The notes below the pieces were generated by a model. The model did no database searches. It was not told the DNA's origin and saw only the letters and a program-made list of their open reading frames with translations. From a virus (taxonomy: Duplodnaviria; Caudoviricetes): 36,449 nucleotides of DNA. The first letter of the stretch is position 1. Each line of letters opens with the position of its first letter. A program made the translations under genes and the position numbers. Shown piece after piece: positions 10,454 through 20,519 of the stretch. The stretch covers positions 1 to 36,449 of IMG/VR virus record IMGVR_UViG_3300036796_000273; one strand, given 5' to 3'.

Positions 10454-11061
10454 GCGCTTACTCTCAGGTTATCGATAAGATGAATTGCCGCACCGCAATA
10501 GCCGGTGCCGCCGACAGAAATGGTTTCGGGTAAATAGGGGTAAACGGTCAGGGCATCACCGCTGTAACTGGCTGCCCCCACATAGTCGGCACCAACACTT
10601 GAGAGGCTAATTGCAAGGCCGACAAGGTGCCGACTGGCGGGTTTGGCGTCAGCTATCATGCGCTCCAGCTCCCGATACATCTCATCGGTGATGCCGGTTT
10701 CCAGTACGCCGACAACCAGCCGAAACGTGCCTGGAGTTTCATTAAGTTGCCACCACTCGCGCACCTCAATCAGATAACCCAGCGGCTCAACGACGCGACG
10801 CAGTGCGCTGATGGTGCCTTTATGCCGGTGAACAAAATGCGCACTTTCGACAACGCTGCGTTTTGTTGCCTCCGGCCAGCGTTCATCCCATCGGTCGACA
10901 GAAAACGCCCACGCCAGATACGGCAACAGATTGAGCGGGCAGGTTTGCGGGTTCCAGAGCTGGCGCAGCGGTACCGGCACCCGTGCAAATTCAGCGCAGG
11001 CCGTGGCCGCCGCCACTTCTAACGGTGACGACCCGACCGGCAGCAGGCGGCCATCACTCAT
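10450..11061 (-). CDS. I: Baseplate/tail protein gpI
   Basis: LLPYLAWAFSVDRWD...HRHKGT. Confidence 0.95.
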   Translation of the reverse strand: MSDGRLLPVGSSPLEVAAATACAEFARVPVPLRQLWNPQTCPLNLLPYLAWAFSVDRWDERWPEATKRSVVESAHFVHRHKGTISALRRVVEPLGYLIEVREWWQLNETPGTFRLVVGVLETGITDEMYRELERMIADAKPASRHLVGLAISLSSVGADYVGAASYSGDALTVYPYLPETISVGGTGYCGAAIHLIDNLRVSA

Positions 11062-11962
11062 CGGATCCCCCTACAGTCAGTTGGTAGCGTGAACAACTTG
11101 ACGCCTGCGTCTCGTCTAAAACGATGTCGGCAACCGGGCTTTTCAGTTCCACCCGCTGCACGCCTTCCACATGCAGCGCGGCATAGATGGCCGACAGACG
11201 GATATCCCGGCCAAGGCGATGCTGCGTGCTGATATAGGCTTTTAGCCTTTGCTCAGAGGCCTGCCGAACAGGCTCAGCCTCCGGCCCCGGAAACAGGTAG
11301 AGCACGGCCTCAATCACATAGGGAACGATTGCCGCCGACTGTACTGTCACCCTGTCAGCCACCGGCCGCACATCCTCGGCATTGAGTGCCGCCGCGACAA
11401 GCGCAATCAGCTCCGGGCTGGCCGTGCCGTCACCCTCGCGAGACAACACAGACACGGTGACGCTTGCCGGTGTTGGGCTGGTGACAGACACGTCGGCGAC
11501 ACGGCCGTCAGCACTGCGACCATGGAACTGATACGCGCCGACCGACCCGGCCACACTCAGCCCTTCAAAGGCCTGCTGGATACGCACGCGGAAATCGCTG
11601 TCACTTTCCATAACGGCGGCCACGGGGGGCAATGTGCTGTCATCGGCCGGGGTAATCACCAGCCGGGCAACGTTATAATTGCCGCCGAGCTGGTCGAGAT
11701 CACTGCCTGCGGCATACCCCAGCATGACCGCCTGCGCCGCCTCATTAACCCGCTGGCGTAGTAGCACCTCACGGTACGCGTTCTCTTGCAGCAGTTTGAC
11801 GATGGGTTCCGACTCAAATTGCAGCGTTCGCCGGATGCTCTCTTGCTTATCTTCGGGGAACAGGGAGATAAACCAGGCTTTTCGCTCAGAAAATATCGAC
11901 TCGAAATCAAGCGGTTCAATAACGCTTGGTGCCGGTAGTTGGCTCAAATCAATGGTGGCCAT
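11054..11962 (-). CDS. J: Baseplate assembly protein gpJ
   Basis: MATIDLSQLPAP...FEGLSVAG. Confidence 0.95.
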   Translation of the reverse strand: MATIDLSQLPAPSVIEPLDFESIFSERKAWFISLFPEDKQESIRRTLQFESEPIVKLLQENAYREVLLRQRVNEAAQAVMLGYAAGSDLDQLGGNYNVARLVITPADDSTLPPVAAVMESDSDFRVRIQQAFEGLSVAGSVGAYQFHGRSADGRVADVSVTSPTPASVTVSVLSREGDGTASPELIALVAAALNAEDVRPVADRVTVQSAAIVPYVIEAVLYLFPGPEAEPVRQASEQRLKAYISTQHRLGRDIRLSAIYAALHVEGVQRVELKSPVADIVLDETQASSCSRYQLTVGGSDE

Positions 11963-12309
11963 TATTGCCCCCTGACAGGTAAGGAAAACTGGATACGTCC
12001 GGCGGTGTCCGTCCGGTTGCCGACCAAATCAACCACCATTTCCCCGTCAACGCTGGAAGCGAGATTGATCGCAGTGAGGGAAATGCGGTTTTCCCAGCGC
12101 AGAACCGCGCCATAAATGGCGGCCATCATCTGGAGTTTCAGCGCGGGGTTTTGTGGCTGGTCAATCAGGGTCGATAGTTGCGAACCGTAGTCACGGCGCA
12201 TGACACGACTGCCGACGGGGGTGATCAAAATATCGCTGACCGACTGGCGGATGTGTTCGATCTCGCTGATAGCCTGGCCATCGTTACGGTTCATGCCGAG
12301 ATACATCAT
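11962..12309 (-). CDS. W: Baseplate wedge gpW (gp25-like)
   Basis: HIRQSVSDILITPVGSRVMRRDYGS. Confidence 0.95.
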   Translation of the reverse strand: MMYLGMNRNDGQAISEIEHIRQSVSDILITPVGSRVMRRDYGSQLSTLIDQPQNPALKLQMMAAIYGAVLRWENRISLTAINLASSVDGEMVVDLVGNRTDTAGRIQFSLPVRGQ

Positions 12310-12944
12310 GATGCTGGCCCCCCGGTGTTACCGCCGCCGTTTTGCACGTTGCCGTGATAATGGATGTGGATGATCACGCCGTTGGAATTAAAGCTGCCGC
12401 CGGTGTGGGTGATATTTCCGTACATTTCGCCGCCGTATTTGAGCAGCAGTGAACCGGCAATCAATTTATTGGTGCATTCCACCACGGGCGCATCCAAAGT
12501 GATCATCTGGCTGGCTGTCACCACCACGACGTTGGCGGTGGCGCTAATTTTTTCAGATGCCTGAATATCGGCCTGTTTCATGCCCTTTGCCGTCAGCGTG
12601 CCGTTTTCAGGCTCGTACTCAATGACCGCGCCATCGGGAAAATCCAGACGAACAGCATCGGGTGATGATGAGGCGGCAGGGTACTGATCCGAAAAGACTC
12701 CCGGCAGAACAAAGCCCGTGGTCAGTTCACCGAAGATGCTCAGTACGACCACCTGTTCGCCAACCGACGGGGCAGACCAAAAGCGCACGCGCCCGGCGCG
12801 TAGCGTCAACCAGTTCAGCCAGTCGGTTTCATTTTTCCCGATCTTCACGCGGCACAGGCCTTTGGCCGTATCCACTTCGGAGACGGTGCCAATGCGCACA
12901 ATGTTGGCCAGGAGGCGTTTTAGTTCGGCGATAGATGCTTTCAT
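12306..12944 (-). CDS. V: Baseplate spike gpV
   Basis: WSAPSVGEQV and C-terminal HxH iron-binding tip (HIHYH); start refined to MKASIAEL. Confidence 0.93.
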   Translation of the reverse strand: MKASIAELKRLLANIVRIGTVSEVDTAKGLCRVKIGKNETDWLNWLTLRAGRVRFWSAPSVGEQVVVLSIFGELTTGFVLPGVFSDQYPAASSSPDAVRLDFPDGAVIEYEPENGTLTAKGMKQADIQASEKISATANVVVVTASQMITLDAPVVECTNKLIAGSLLLKYGGEMYGNITHTGGSFNSNGVIIHIHYHGNVQNGGGNTGGPAS

Positions 12945-12986
12945 GCTGCCAGTGTGCCGCGTGCGGGCGCGGGGGGCATTTTGTGT

Positions 12987-13012
12987 GCCTTGTGCCAGCG
13001 ATGGCACAAGGC
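12987..13012 (-). promoter_or_regulatory. Ogr-binding site of the late V operon promoter
   Basis: Palindrome GCCTTGTGCCA-GCGA-TGGCACAAGGC containing TGT-N12-ACA. Confidence 0.85.
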
Positions 13013-13039
13013 GGTGGCGTGGTCAGTAAGGCGGGGTGA

Positions 13040-13495
13040 TTATTTGGCGATGTGCGTCAACGCCAGATCCTTAATCCATTCAATATCGGCATCGGTGAAG
13101 CCCAATAACTGCCGGCGCGCATAGCGCACGGTGGGGCCGTCTGGGCTGACCTTATCCCGCAAGCCGTAATGGTGGACTGCGGATAAATGGGTCACACCGG
13201 CGGCAAACGTCACGGCGGCTTCATCGGTGTTGGATTCGGTTTTCATAAAGCGTGCTGTGCGCAGTCGGGTAAACATCTTGCGGCGGATGCGCCCGTGCTT
13301 ATCTTGCCGCTTGTTTTTGCGCGGTATGTACGGTGAACCGTCCGGGTTCTTCTGTTCCTGGATGTGTTTTTGCTGGTGCTGGCGCAGCTCTTTGGCCACC
13401 TGGCGGGTAAATACCTGGCGCGATTGCGGGGAAAGCTGCTGGAGCAATACGGACAGCGTTTCGTCCAGTGCCTGAAAGTCGTTTAAGCTGCCCAT
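13040..13495 (-). CDS. S: Tail completion / virion morphogenesis protein gpS
   Basis: QKNPDGSPYIPRK...VHHYGL...RQLLGF. Confidence 0.92.
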   Translation of the reverse strand: MGSLNDFQALDETLSVLLQQLSPQSRQVFTRQVAKELRQHQQKHIQEQKNPDGSPYIPRKNKRQDKHGRIRRKMFTRLRTARFMKTESNTDEAAVTFAAGVTHLSAVHHYGLRDKVSPDGPTVRYARRQLLGFTDADIEWIKDLALTHIAK

Positions 13496-13950
13496 TCTGC
13501 CACCTTGTGGCCTTCCATCCAGACCTCATAACTACTGAGATCGCTCGGCGGCGGTGGTGGTTCATCCACATGCCTGACGTTCAGCTTGCCGTTGTCCTCG
13601 CTGACGATCACGCGTTCGGTCAATTTCAGATCAATGCTGATATCCCGCGCGGCATTATTCAGGAAATCGGCTTCAAAGGTGAAGCCATCGCCGCGTTTAT
13701 CCGGGTTGGCCATGATGTCGGGCTGATGGGTACGCAACCAATGCAGGATAGGCACGATCAACAGATTGGCGTCATCGGCATAGCTGGTCACGATAAGGTT
13801 AAGCGTGTACTGATATTCGAAAGACAGCGACGGGGCCAGGGTGGAGTAAATCACCCCTTTATCAATGAAAATGTGCAGGCAATCGGGGTTTTGCTTCACA
13901 TACTTTACGGAACCGCTCAGGGCCGCGCGAAGTGAGTCCGGTTTTAACAT
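13483..13950 (-). CDS. R: Tail completion protein gpR
   Basis: MLKPDSLR...SLSFEYQYTL...LTERV. Confidence 0.92.
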   Translation of the reverse strand: MLKPDSLRAALSGSVKYVKQNPDCLHIFIDKGVIYSTLAPSLSFEYQYTLNLIVTSYADDANLLIVPILHWLRTHQPDIMANPDKRGDGFTFEADFLNNAARDISIDLKLTERVIVSEDNGKLNVRHVDEPPPPPSDLSSYEVWMEGHKVAEWAA

Positions 13951-13958
13951 GTTCGCTC

Positions 13959-14396
13959 CTACGGTTGCGTCAGGCAGACGCTGCGGATGTAATCTTGCAG
14001 TCCGGCTATTTGGCTGCTGGCGGTTTCGATTCGCTTTCTGAGGGTGAAATAATCCCGTTGAGCGGCGTCAGTAAGTCGGGGGCCGTCTGCATCAGCCAGG
14101 CTGGCGGCGGTGGCGGTTGAACACGTGGCGCTGAGCCGCAGCCGGCGACGGCCATCGGCAACATCACGCTGCAAATCATCAATTTTACTTTTTGCATCGG
14201 TTAATTCCCGGCTTCGGTTTTCGTCTATGGCAGCAACAGCGCGCTGCGTTTTATTCTGCCAATCAATCTGGCGGGTCAGCTTACCGTTGGCGTCCTGCAA
14301 TGTGTCGCGCACCTGGCGCAGTCCCTGATTGCTGTAGAACAGGAAACCCAGCAGGCAGAGCAAGATCAGGACGATGACGGCAATCAGGCGGGCCAT
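13959..14396 (-). CDS. Rz-like inner-membrane spanin
   Basis: N-terminal TM helix, coiled coil, lambda Rz-like GPRLTDAAQRDYFTLR...LQDYIR. Confidence 0.88.
   Translation of the reverse strand: MARLIAVIVLILLCLLGFLFYSNQGLRQVRDTLQDANGKLTRQIDWQNKTQRAVAAIDENRSRELTDAKSKIDDLQRDVADGRRRLRLSATCSTATAASLADADGPRLTDAAQRDYFTLRKRIETASSQIAGLQDYIRSVCLTQP
14006..14197 (-). CDS. Rz1-like outer-membrane lipoprotein spanin embedded in Rz
   Basis: Signal peptide with lipobox VAG-C, then Pro-rich PPPPPAWLM; alternate frame fully inside Rz. Confidence 0.85.
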   Translation of the reverse strand: MQKVKLMICSVMLPMAVAGCGSAPRVQPPPPPAWLMQTAPDLLTPLNGIISPSESESKPPAAK

Positions 14397-14878
14397 TTTT
14401 GCCCCCAGGTGCAGACCTCATGCTCTATATCGCGGCGGTTCATCAGGCCTTTCCACGGCTTTCCACCGGCATAAATCCACTGGCGGAGGCCCGCGCAAGC
14501 CCCGGCCACATCACCCGCGTTCAACTTGCGCAGCAGGGAGGAATGCTCGAAAGCGTAAACGCCCACGTTGTAGCTGAAACTGATCAGCGCGGCTTTTTGG
14601 TACTCCGTCGCCGGAACCTTTACCGAACGCTCAACCGAGAGGGAGAAGGGGATCAAGTCTTTGTCCAACATCGCTTTGCATTGCGCCAGGCTGTAGCGTT
14701 TACCGGGGATAATGTCGGCCCCGGTGTGGCCGTAGCAGACCGTCAACACGCCAGCGACGTCGCGGTAAGGTTCAAGCCTGACGCCTTCCAGTTCGGGGAT
14801 CATTAATGTGGCTATGGCCACTGCACCGGTACCGGCGGCGCCAAGCAAACTTTTGCGTAAGGTGGATGACATCGCCAT
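14384..14878 (-). CDS. SAR endolysin (GH24 lysozyme, R21-like)
   Basis: Gly/Ala-rich N-terminal SAR segment; E-x8-D-x5-T triad (EGVRLEPYRDVAGVLT). Confidence 0.92.
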   Translation of the reverse strand: MAMSSTLRKSLLGAAGTGAVAIATLMIPELEGVRLEPYRDVAGVLTVCYGHTGADIIPGKRYSLAQCKAMLDKDLIPFSLSVERSVKVPATEYQKAALISFSYNVGVYAFEHSSLLRKLNAGDVAGACAGLRQWIYAGGKPWKGLMNRRDIEHEVCTWGQKWPA

Positions 14879-15144
14879 TATTCGGCCTCCTTACGGAACA
14901 GGCGGCGCTTTGCCGGCGGTTCGGTGATGATCCCGGCGCTCACCCCTTTCTCATAGGCTTTGGTGCGCCGCCAGTCGAAATAGGTCTGCGTGAGATAAGT
15001 GATCAGGCCCAAAATAAAACCGCCGATCACTGCAACCTGATTCCAGTCCACATGGCGGAACCAGTCGACCAGACCGCCGGTGCAAAGTCCGCCTGCTATG
15101 CAGTAGTTAAGACCGGCGGCAAGTTTTTCCGTCATGATTTTCAT
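14878..15144 (-). CDS. Class II holin (phage 21 S-like pinholin) with dual start MKIM
   Basis: Two hydrophobic segments, LITYLTQTYF motif, basic tail; directly upstream of the SAR endolysin. Confidence 0.8.
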   Translation of the reverse strand: MKIMTEKLAAGLNYCIAGGLCTGGLVDWFRHVDWNQVAVIGGFILGLITYLTQTYFDWRRTKAYEKGVSAGIITEPPAKRRLFRKEAE

Positions 15145-15168
15145 TCTCCACCTCCCGCCCGCAGGGGG

Positions 15169-15372
15169 TTAATCCCATAATTGAAGGGTTTGCACCGATG
15201 CGGCCTGAATGATATCCGGCATGTCTACCGGGCAGCCGTGGGGCAGAATTGGCCCCCGATCTGCCAGGCCCGGATTGCTCAGCAATACCTGCTCGGTGAC
15301 GCCCTGTGTTTTGCCGTAATAGCGCTGGCACAATGCATCAACGGTGTCACCCTGGTGCGCATAGACCTTCAT
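15169..15372 (-). CDS. X: Tail protein X (LysM-like)
   Basis: QGDTVDALCQRYYG...NPGLA...LQLWD. Confidence 0.95.
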   Translation of the reverse strand: MKVYAHQGDTVDALCQRYYGKTQGVTEQVLLSNPGLADRGPILPHGCPVDMPDIIQAASVQTLQLWD

Positions 15373-15893
15373 CAGATCAACTCAACCGTCATGCGCGGCA
15401 GCGACTGGCAATCATTAATGGCCCAATCCGCATCGCGGCGCAGATCGTCAACGGTAGGCTCCAAAGATTCGGCCCGTTTGTTGCCTGAATGGGTGGCGTC
15501 AAAGCTGCGAAAGCGCTCGGTAAGGCTGGCCTGCGTCAGACAAAACACCGCACGGCGGTAAAGCTGTATGCGAGTGCTCTCATCATCCAGGCGATCGGCA
15601 GGAACCTGATCCAGCGCGCTATAGCCCGCGCTTTGCTGCTGCCTCCGCCAGTTGGCCAGGCGATCGTTAACTTCATTGATGGCATTACGCGCGGCTTCCA
15701 GCAGGCGTGGCTGTGTGATCGTCCCGTCTTGGCGCATATCTTCCCGGTATTGTTTCAGGTCGATATCCGGCCAAAAATCCGTATTTTTGATCACCGTGCT
15801 GACCGGTGGTTTGGGGCTGGGGGTCACATCAATTTCCAAATTGTTGTCGGGTTGCCGGGCGCCCGGCGCGGGTTCAATCGCTATGCTGACCAT
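15372..15893 (-). CDS. L: Head completion protein gpL
   Basis: NTDFWPDIDL...YRRAV...MTVELI. Confidence 0.92.
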   Translation of the reverse strand: MVSIAIEPAPGARQPDNNLEIDVTPSPKPPVSTVIKNTDFWPDIDLKQYREDMRQDGTITQPRLLEAARNAINEVNDRLANWRRQQQSAGYSALDQVPADRLDDESTRIQLYRRAVFCLTQASLTERFRSFDATHSGNKRAESLEPTVDDLRRDADWAINDCQSLPRMTVELI

Positions 15894-15986
15894 GGTTTTT
15901 TCTCTGTGAGTCGGGCGGTGGACGGGAGCGTTGATGCGGTTAAAACCTGTCGCGGCTCCCGTGCCGCCCTCGCCGGGGGCGATTCG

Positions 15987-16643
15987 TTAACTAACTGCTT
16001 TGATCTGTTTTTCCAGTTGCTTAATGTCAGATTTCACACCGGAATTTTCATCTTTCAGCAGGGCTTTTTTCAGCGTGTCCAGGGCAAGTACGTTGTCACC
16101 GTCTTGACGCAGGGCATACCCGGCAAATTTATACAGCCGGGCTTTGACCTTGTCCGGCATATCCTGCCCTGTGAGCAACTGCTGAGCGCGGAGTAACTGC
16201 GCGGTATCCAGCGGCTTATTGGCTGTCATGCTGCGCTGTGCGGCGGCGGCCAGCTCTTCGGCAATCAGGCAACCGGTAGAACGCTCGAAACCGTCCGGGG
16301 CGACCAAATCATGCTTGATGGCGTATTCGCCAATATTCAATGCGGTTTCCATGTCGCCCACATCCAGCAACCAGACCAGCACGCGCATTAGAATGGCGTC
16401 CTGCCTGCCGGCATCGCTTTGCAGCACACCGGCAACCCACGGCATATAGGTGGGGATCATGCGGCGTTTCAGTTCTGCCTTGGTGTCGTGGGACTCAACA
16501 CCGCTCAGCCTGGCCAAGTCCTGCTGCATCTTGAACAGCAGCAGGTCATAGTTGCCCAGGTGGCTCAGGCTGGCCGCCTCACTCAGCGAGGTGGACTGCT
16601 GCGCAGCGATATATTGCTTATGCCTGCGTGCCGGGCTGGTCAT
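15987..16643 (-). CDS. M: Terminase endonuclease subunit gpM
   Basis: MTSPARRH...YMPWVAGVL...GVKSDIKQLE. Confidence 0.93.
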   Translation of the reverse strand: MTSPARRHKQYIAAQQSTSLSEAASLSHLGNYDLLLFKMQQDLARLSGVESHDTKAELKRRMIPTYMPWVAGVLQSDAGRQDAILMRVLVWLLDVGDMETALNIGEYAIKHDLVAPDGFERSTGCLIAEELAAAAQRSMTANKPLDTAQLLRAQQLLTGQDMPDKVKARLYKFAGYALRQDGDNVLALDTLKKALLKDENSGVKSDIKQLEKQIKAVS

Positions 16644-16646
16644 GGA

Positions 16647-17705
16647 TTAATCCTCCTTGGGAGCCGGTGCGGCTGGTTTCAGGATTTCGATGTTTTCGAT
16701 CAGTGCGGCGCATTGGTAATCTTCCACCACGTACGCCTCGTTGACCGATTCGTAGTTTTCAATGCGATCGCGCTTAGGATTGTCGATGATATGGCGGCGG
16801 CGGGTGCCGTCTTGCCAGTAGATCGACAGGTTATCCAGCCGGGTGATCAGAATGGTGTGATCCGGGAAAGAAGGGACGCGCACCGCCGGCAACCCGCCAA
16901 TGCGTTTTTGCGAGATGATGACGTCAGCCGCCAGCATTTCACTGTTTTCCTGCTCTTTGTTGACGATCGGGAAGTATTTATCTGCCAGCAGGGAGCGCCC
17001 GACGATGGCGACCAACTCGGTATCGTCCTGGAACCAGGCGGCGATCAGCTCGTTAACGGCATCCATCACGAGGGCGTCGAGGTTGTGATAGTCCCCGGCT
17101 TTGCCGATGCGGATCTTGTCTGAAACGACAGCGCCGGCTTCATCCAGAATTTTTGACATCACCTGATCCGGTGCGCCTTTGCGGATTTTTTCCAGCCAGC
17201 CAATGTTCACGTCCTGCAACAGCTTGTTGACGGTGAAATCTGACGTTTTCGCACGCTTTACACCGTTCCAACCGATCATGATGCGATCCAGTGCCTGGCG
17301 TTTCACAATCTGGTTGCGGATTTTGACCTGGAAATCCTTGAACTTGGCCCATGAGTCCAGTTTTGAATACTTCAATGCGGTATCAAAGTTGGTTTGGGTA
17401 CACATGTAGCCCTGTTCATCCAGGCTGGTCGGATCGATGGGTTCACGTTCTTTTTCATCGGTGTTGGTGGTGCTGGCAACCGGACGATCGATCCCAAGGC
17501 CGATTTTGTCACCGCTTTGTTCATCAACCGGGACGATATTGATTGTTTTCAGGAAACCGCTGCTTTCCTGAATCTTTTCTTCCAGTGTCTGGCTGACGGA
17601 TGGCTCAACGGTGAACTTTCCCGCCACATCCAGGGCATCAATGCCGTTGATGGCCGCAATCTGGTTCACATACTTCTTGTACTGCTCACGGGTTACCTTT
17701 CTCAT
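16647..17705 (-). CDS. N: Major capsid protein gpN
   Basis: ALDRIMIGWNG, LLQDVNIGWL and NLSIYWQ motifs. Confidence 0.96.
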   Translation of the reverse strand: MRKVTREQYKKYVNQIAAINGIDALDVAGKFTVEPSVSQTLEEKIQESSGFLKTINIVPVDEQSGDKIGLGIDRPVASTTNTDEKEREPIDPTSLDEQGYMCTQTNFDTALKYSKLDSWAKFKDFQVKIRNQIVKRQALDRIMIGWNGVKRAKTSDFTVNKLLQDVNIGWLEKIRKGAPDQVMSKILDEAGAVVSDKIRIGKAGDYHNLDALVMDAVNELIAAWFQDDTELVAIVGRSLLADKYFPIVNKEQENSEMLAADVIISQKRIGGLPAVRVPSFPDHTILITRLDNLSIYWQDGTRRRHIIDNPKRDRIENYESVNEAYVVEDYQCAALIENIEILKPAAPAPKED

Positions 17706-17761
17706 GCTTCTTATCCTATAAATCGGCTAAAACGGTGCTGTCACCGTCTGTAATTGTTTGC

Positions 17762-18559
17762 TTAACAGTCGGTTAGCTCGGCGCTTTCGCCACCCGTTGA
17801 CAGTTCGCGACGCTTGTCACTGCGGTCGGTGGTGCTGAGTTTGGTTTTCAGAGCAGAAAATGCCGTCTCGTTGGTGCTTAGCCGATCTGTCAGTTTTTGG
17901 ACGGCGTCTTTCATGTCATCCAGACCGGCAAGTTTTTCCTCGGCCAGCTGCTGCCTTTCGGCAACCAACTCCACAGCCTGGTGAACATCGATAAAGCGAG
18001 CATCATCAGAGGCCTGCCGTTTGCTGAACAAGGCTTTAATGCTGGTAAGCAGGTTCGGTTTTTCGGTTTCCGGCGTTTCGAATTCGAGAGTGGTTTCTTC
18101 GGCGGCAGAGAAAAACAGGCCTTTCTGTGCCAGGTGGTTTGAGCTGAATTTCATCGCCTCACTGCCGAGTGACGCAGGGTTGTCCGTGAACGCGAGGCCG
18201 GTCAGATAGGCTTTGTTGGTATCAGCGAATTTTTCGTAATATTCAATGCTGGTGAAAATCTTCTGGCGCTTGTTGTTCAACTGCACCAGGCCATCCGTCG
18301 CATCAACCTGGGCATAGAGCGCCAATTTGCCTTTCAGCGGGCCATCGTTGACTTCATCGGCACTCAGTGACAGCACATCACCATAAGCACAGAAGGTACT
18401 GTCAGGAAAAATGCTCAGGTAATGCTCAAGGTTGACGCGCGCCGCTTTGAACTGCTGGTTATAGGTTTCGGCCATCTCTTTGATGTGCTGGCGCTGGATC
18501 TGACGGCCATCGCTGGTTGCCCCCTCGACGGCGACACGGAAAGATTTTGAAATTGGCAT
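17762..18559 (-). CDS. O: Capsid scaffolding protein / protease gpO
   Basis: VEGATSDGR...NLEH...FTSIE...LAFTDNPASLG with Asp/His/Ser present; start refined to MPISKSF. Confidence 0.95.
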   Translation of the reverse strand: MPISKSFRVAVEGATSDGRQIQRQHIKEMAETYNQQFKAARVNLEHYLSIFPDSTFCAYGDVLSLSADEVNDGPLKGKLALYAQVDATDGLVQLNNKRQKIFTSIEYYEKFADTNKAYLTGLAFTDNPASLGSEAMKFSSNHLAQKGLFFSAAEETTLEFETPETEKPNLLTSIKALFSKRQASDDARFIDVHQAVELVAERQQLAEEKLAGLDDMKDAVQKLTDRLSTNETAFSALKTKLSTTDRSDKRRELSTGGESAELTDC

Positions 18560-18654
18560 TGGATAAGCCCCGATCATGTAAGCGAGTTTGGCCGGTGTTG
18601 GCCATGTTTGGCTTATGGTGGCGGGGCGCTGGAGTGGGGACAACGCAGCGGCCT

Positions 18655-18672
18655 TGTGTGGTGAATGGCACA
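18655..18672. promoter_or_regulatory. Ogr-binding site between divergent O and P operons
   Basis: TGT-N12-ACA (TGTGTGGTGAATGGCACA) flanked by CCT/AGG. Confidence 0.8.
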
Positions 18673-18749
18673 AGGTGCATTAAGGGTGTTGGTGATGGCG
18701 GGTAGGTAGCCTTTCGGCATTGAAACGTTGAATTTCAGGCTGATTGCAC

Positions 18750-20519
18750 ATGAACGCTATTACTATCAGTGCCGATTTGGATCCCCGTCGTCAAGCGATG
18801 TATCTCTATTGGCAGGGGCTGCGAGTGGCCCGTATCGCCGAGATGATCGGGGAGAAGCCCGTCACGGTACACAGTTGGAAACGTCGCGACAAGTGGGACG
18901 ATTACGGCCCGCTCGACCAGATGCAAATCACGACTGCCGCCCGCTACTGCCAGTTAATCCTTAAGCCGGAGAAGGAAGGGCGCGACCTTAAAGAAATTGA
19001 CCTGTTGGCCCGCCAGGCTGAGCGGCACGCCCGCATAGGGAAATACAACGGCGGCGGGAATGAGGCCGATCTCAACCCCAATATTGCAGCGCGCAACGCT
19101 GGCCCGCGTAAACGTACGCAGAAAAATGCCTTTACGGATGAGCAACACGCCCGGTTGAAAGAAATCTTTTTAGAACAGATGTTTGAATATCAACGCAGTT
19201 GGTATCAGGCCGGGCTGTCGAAAGAATTCCGTATCCGCAACATTCTGAAAAGTCGCCAGATCGGCGCAACCTACTATTTTGCCCGTGAAGCCCTTATCGA
19301 CGCGCTGGACACGGGACGCAATCAGATGTTTGTTTCTGCCTCAAAGGCGCAGGCGCACCAGTTTAAAAACTACATCATGGCCTTTGCGCAGGAGGTTGAT
19401 GTTGAGCTGCGCGGTGAAACAATCATCCTGCCGAACGCGGCGGAAATGCACTTTTTGGGCACCAACTCCAACACCGCCCAGGGGAGACCTGGCAACCTGT
19501 ATCTGGATGAGTATTTCTGGATCCCTGGCTTTAAGAAGCTGCGCCGGGCCGCATCGGGTATGGCATCCCAAACGCGTTATCGCTCAACGTACTTTTCCAC
19601 CCCGTCCAGCATGACTCATGAAGCCTATTCATTCTGGAATGGCACGCTGTTTAACAAGGGTAAGTCGAAGGACAGACGCCGGGAAATTGACGTTAGCTAT
19701 AAACGCCTGGCCAGCGGCCTGCTCTGTGAGGACAAGCAATTTCGCCAGATTGTCACTATTGAGGATGCGTTACGCGGGGGCTGTGACCTGTTTGACCTCG
19801 ATGAGCTGCGCGAGGAAAACAGCGATGAAGACTTTGAAAACCTGTTCATGTGCAACTTCATTGACGATACCGCGTCGGTGTTCCCGATGGGGGAAATGCA
19901 GCGCTGCATGGTCGACAGTTGGGAGCATTGGACAGACGTTAAACCCTTTGCATTGCGCCCGGTGGCGGCGCGGGAAGTCTGGATCGGTTATGACCCGGCC
20001 AGTTCTGAAAACGGCGACAGTGCCGGCTGTGCGATTATCCTGCCGCCGCTGATTGCTGGCGGCAAATTCCGCGTGCTTGAGCGCCACCAATGGCGCGGCA
20101 TGGATTTTTCCGCCCAGGCCAAAAATATCAAAGCGCTGACCGAGCGCTATAACGTGACCTATATCGGCATCGATAACACCGGCCTTGGCCGTGCTGTGTC
20201 GCAACTGGTGCGCCAATTCTTCCCGGCGGTTAACGCCATCAACTACAGCCTGGAAATGAAAACCGACCTGGTGCTGAAAGCCCGCGACGTGATCCGCTCT
20301 GGCCGCCTGGAGTTCGACGCCGGCGCGCTGGATATCGCCCAGGCGTTTATGTCTATCCGCAAACAGATGACCGCAACGGGCCGGCGGGCGACCTATGTCA
20401 CCAGTCGCGCCGAAGGCGTCAGCCACGGAGATGTTGCCTGGGCTGTCATGCACGCCTTATTCAATGAACCGCTCGAAGGGGCAACCGTTAGCAATACAGG
20501 TTTTATGGAGATTTTTTAG
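18750..20519 (+). CDS. P: Terminase ATPase subunit gpP
   Basis: KSRQIGAT Walker A, LYLDEYFW Walker B, IGYDP and HGD nuclease motifs. Confidence 0.96.
   Translation: MNAITISADLDPRRQAMYLYWQGLRVARIAEMIGEKPVTVHSWKRRDKWDDYGPLDQMQITTAARYCQLILKPEKEGRDLKEIDLLARQAERHARIGKYNGGGNEADLNPNIAARNAGPRKRTQKNAFTDEQHARLKEIFLEQMFEYQRSWYQAGLSKEFRIRNILKSRQIGATYYFAREALIDALDTGRNQMFVSASKAQAHQFKNYIMAFAQEVDVELRGETIILPNAAEMHFLGTNSNTAQGRPGNLYLDEYFWIPGFKKLRRAASGMASQTRYRSTYFSTPSSMTHEAYSFWNGTLFNKGKSKDRRREIDVSYKRLASGLLCEDKQFRQIVTIEDALRGGCDLFDLDELREENSDEDFENLFMCNFIDDTASVFPMGEMQRCMVDSWEHWTDVKPFALRPVAAREVWIGYDPASSENGDSAGCAIILPPLIAGGKFRVLERHQWRGMDFSAQAKNIKALTERYNVTYIGIDNTGLGRAVSQLVRQFFPAVNAINYSLEMKTDLVLKARDVIRSGRLEFDAGALDIAQAFMSIRKQMTATGRRATYVTSRAEGVSHGDVAWAVMHALFNEPLEGATVSNTGFMEIF

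Noticed and set aside
15913-15969. GC-rich hairpin between M and L
   Set aside because: A similar structure is typical at this position in P2-like phages; no evidence of novelty.
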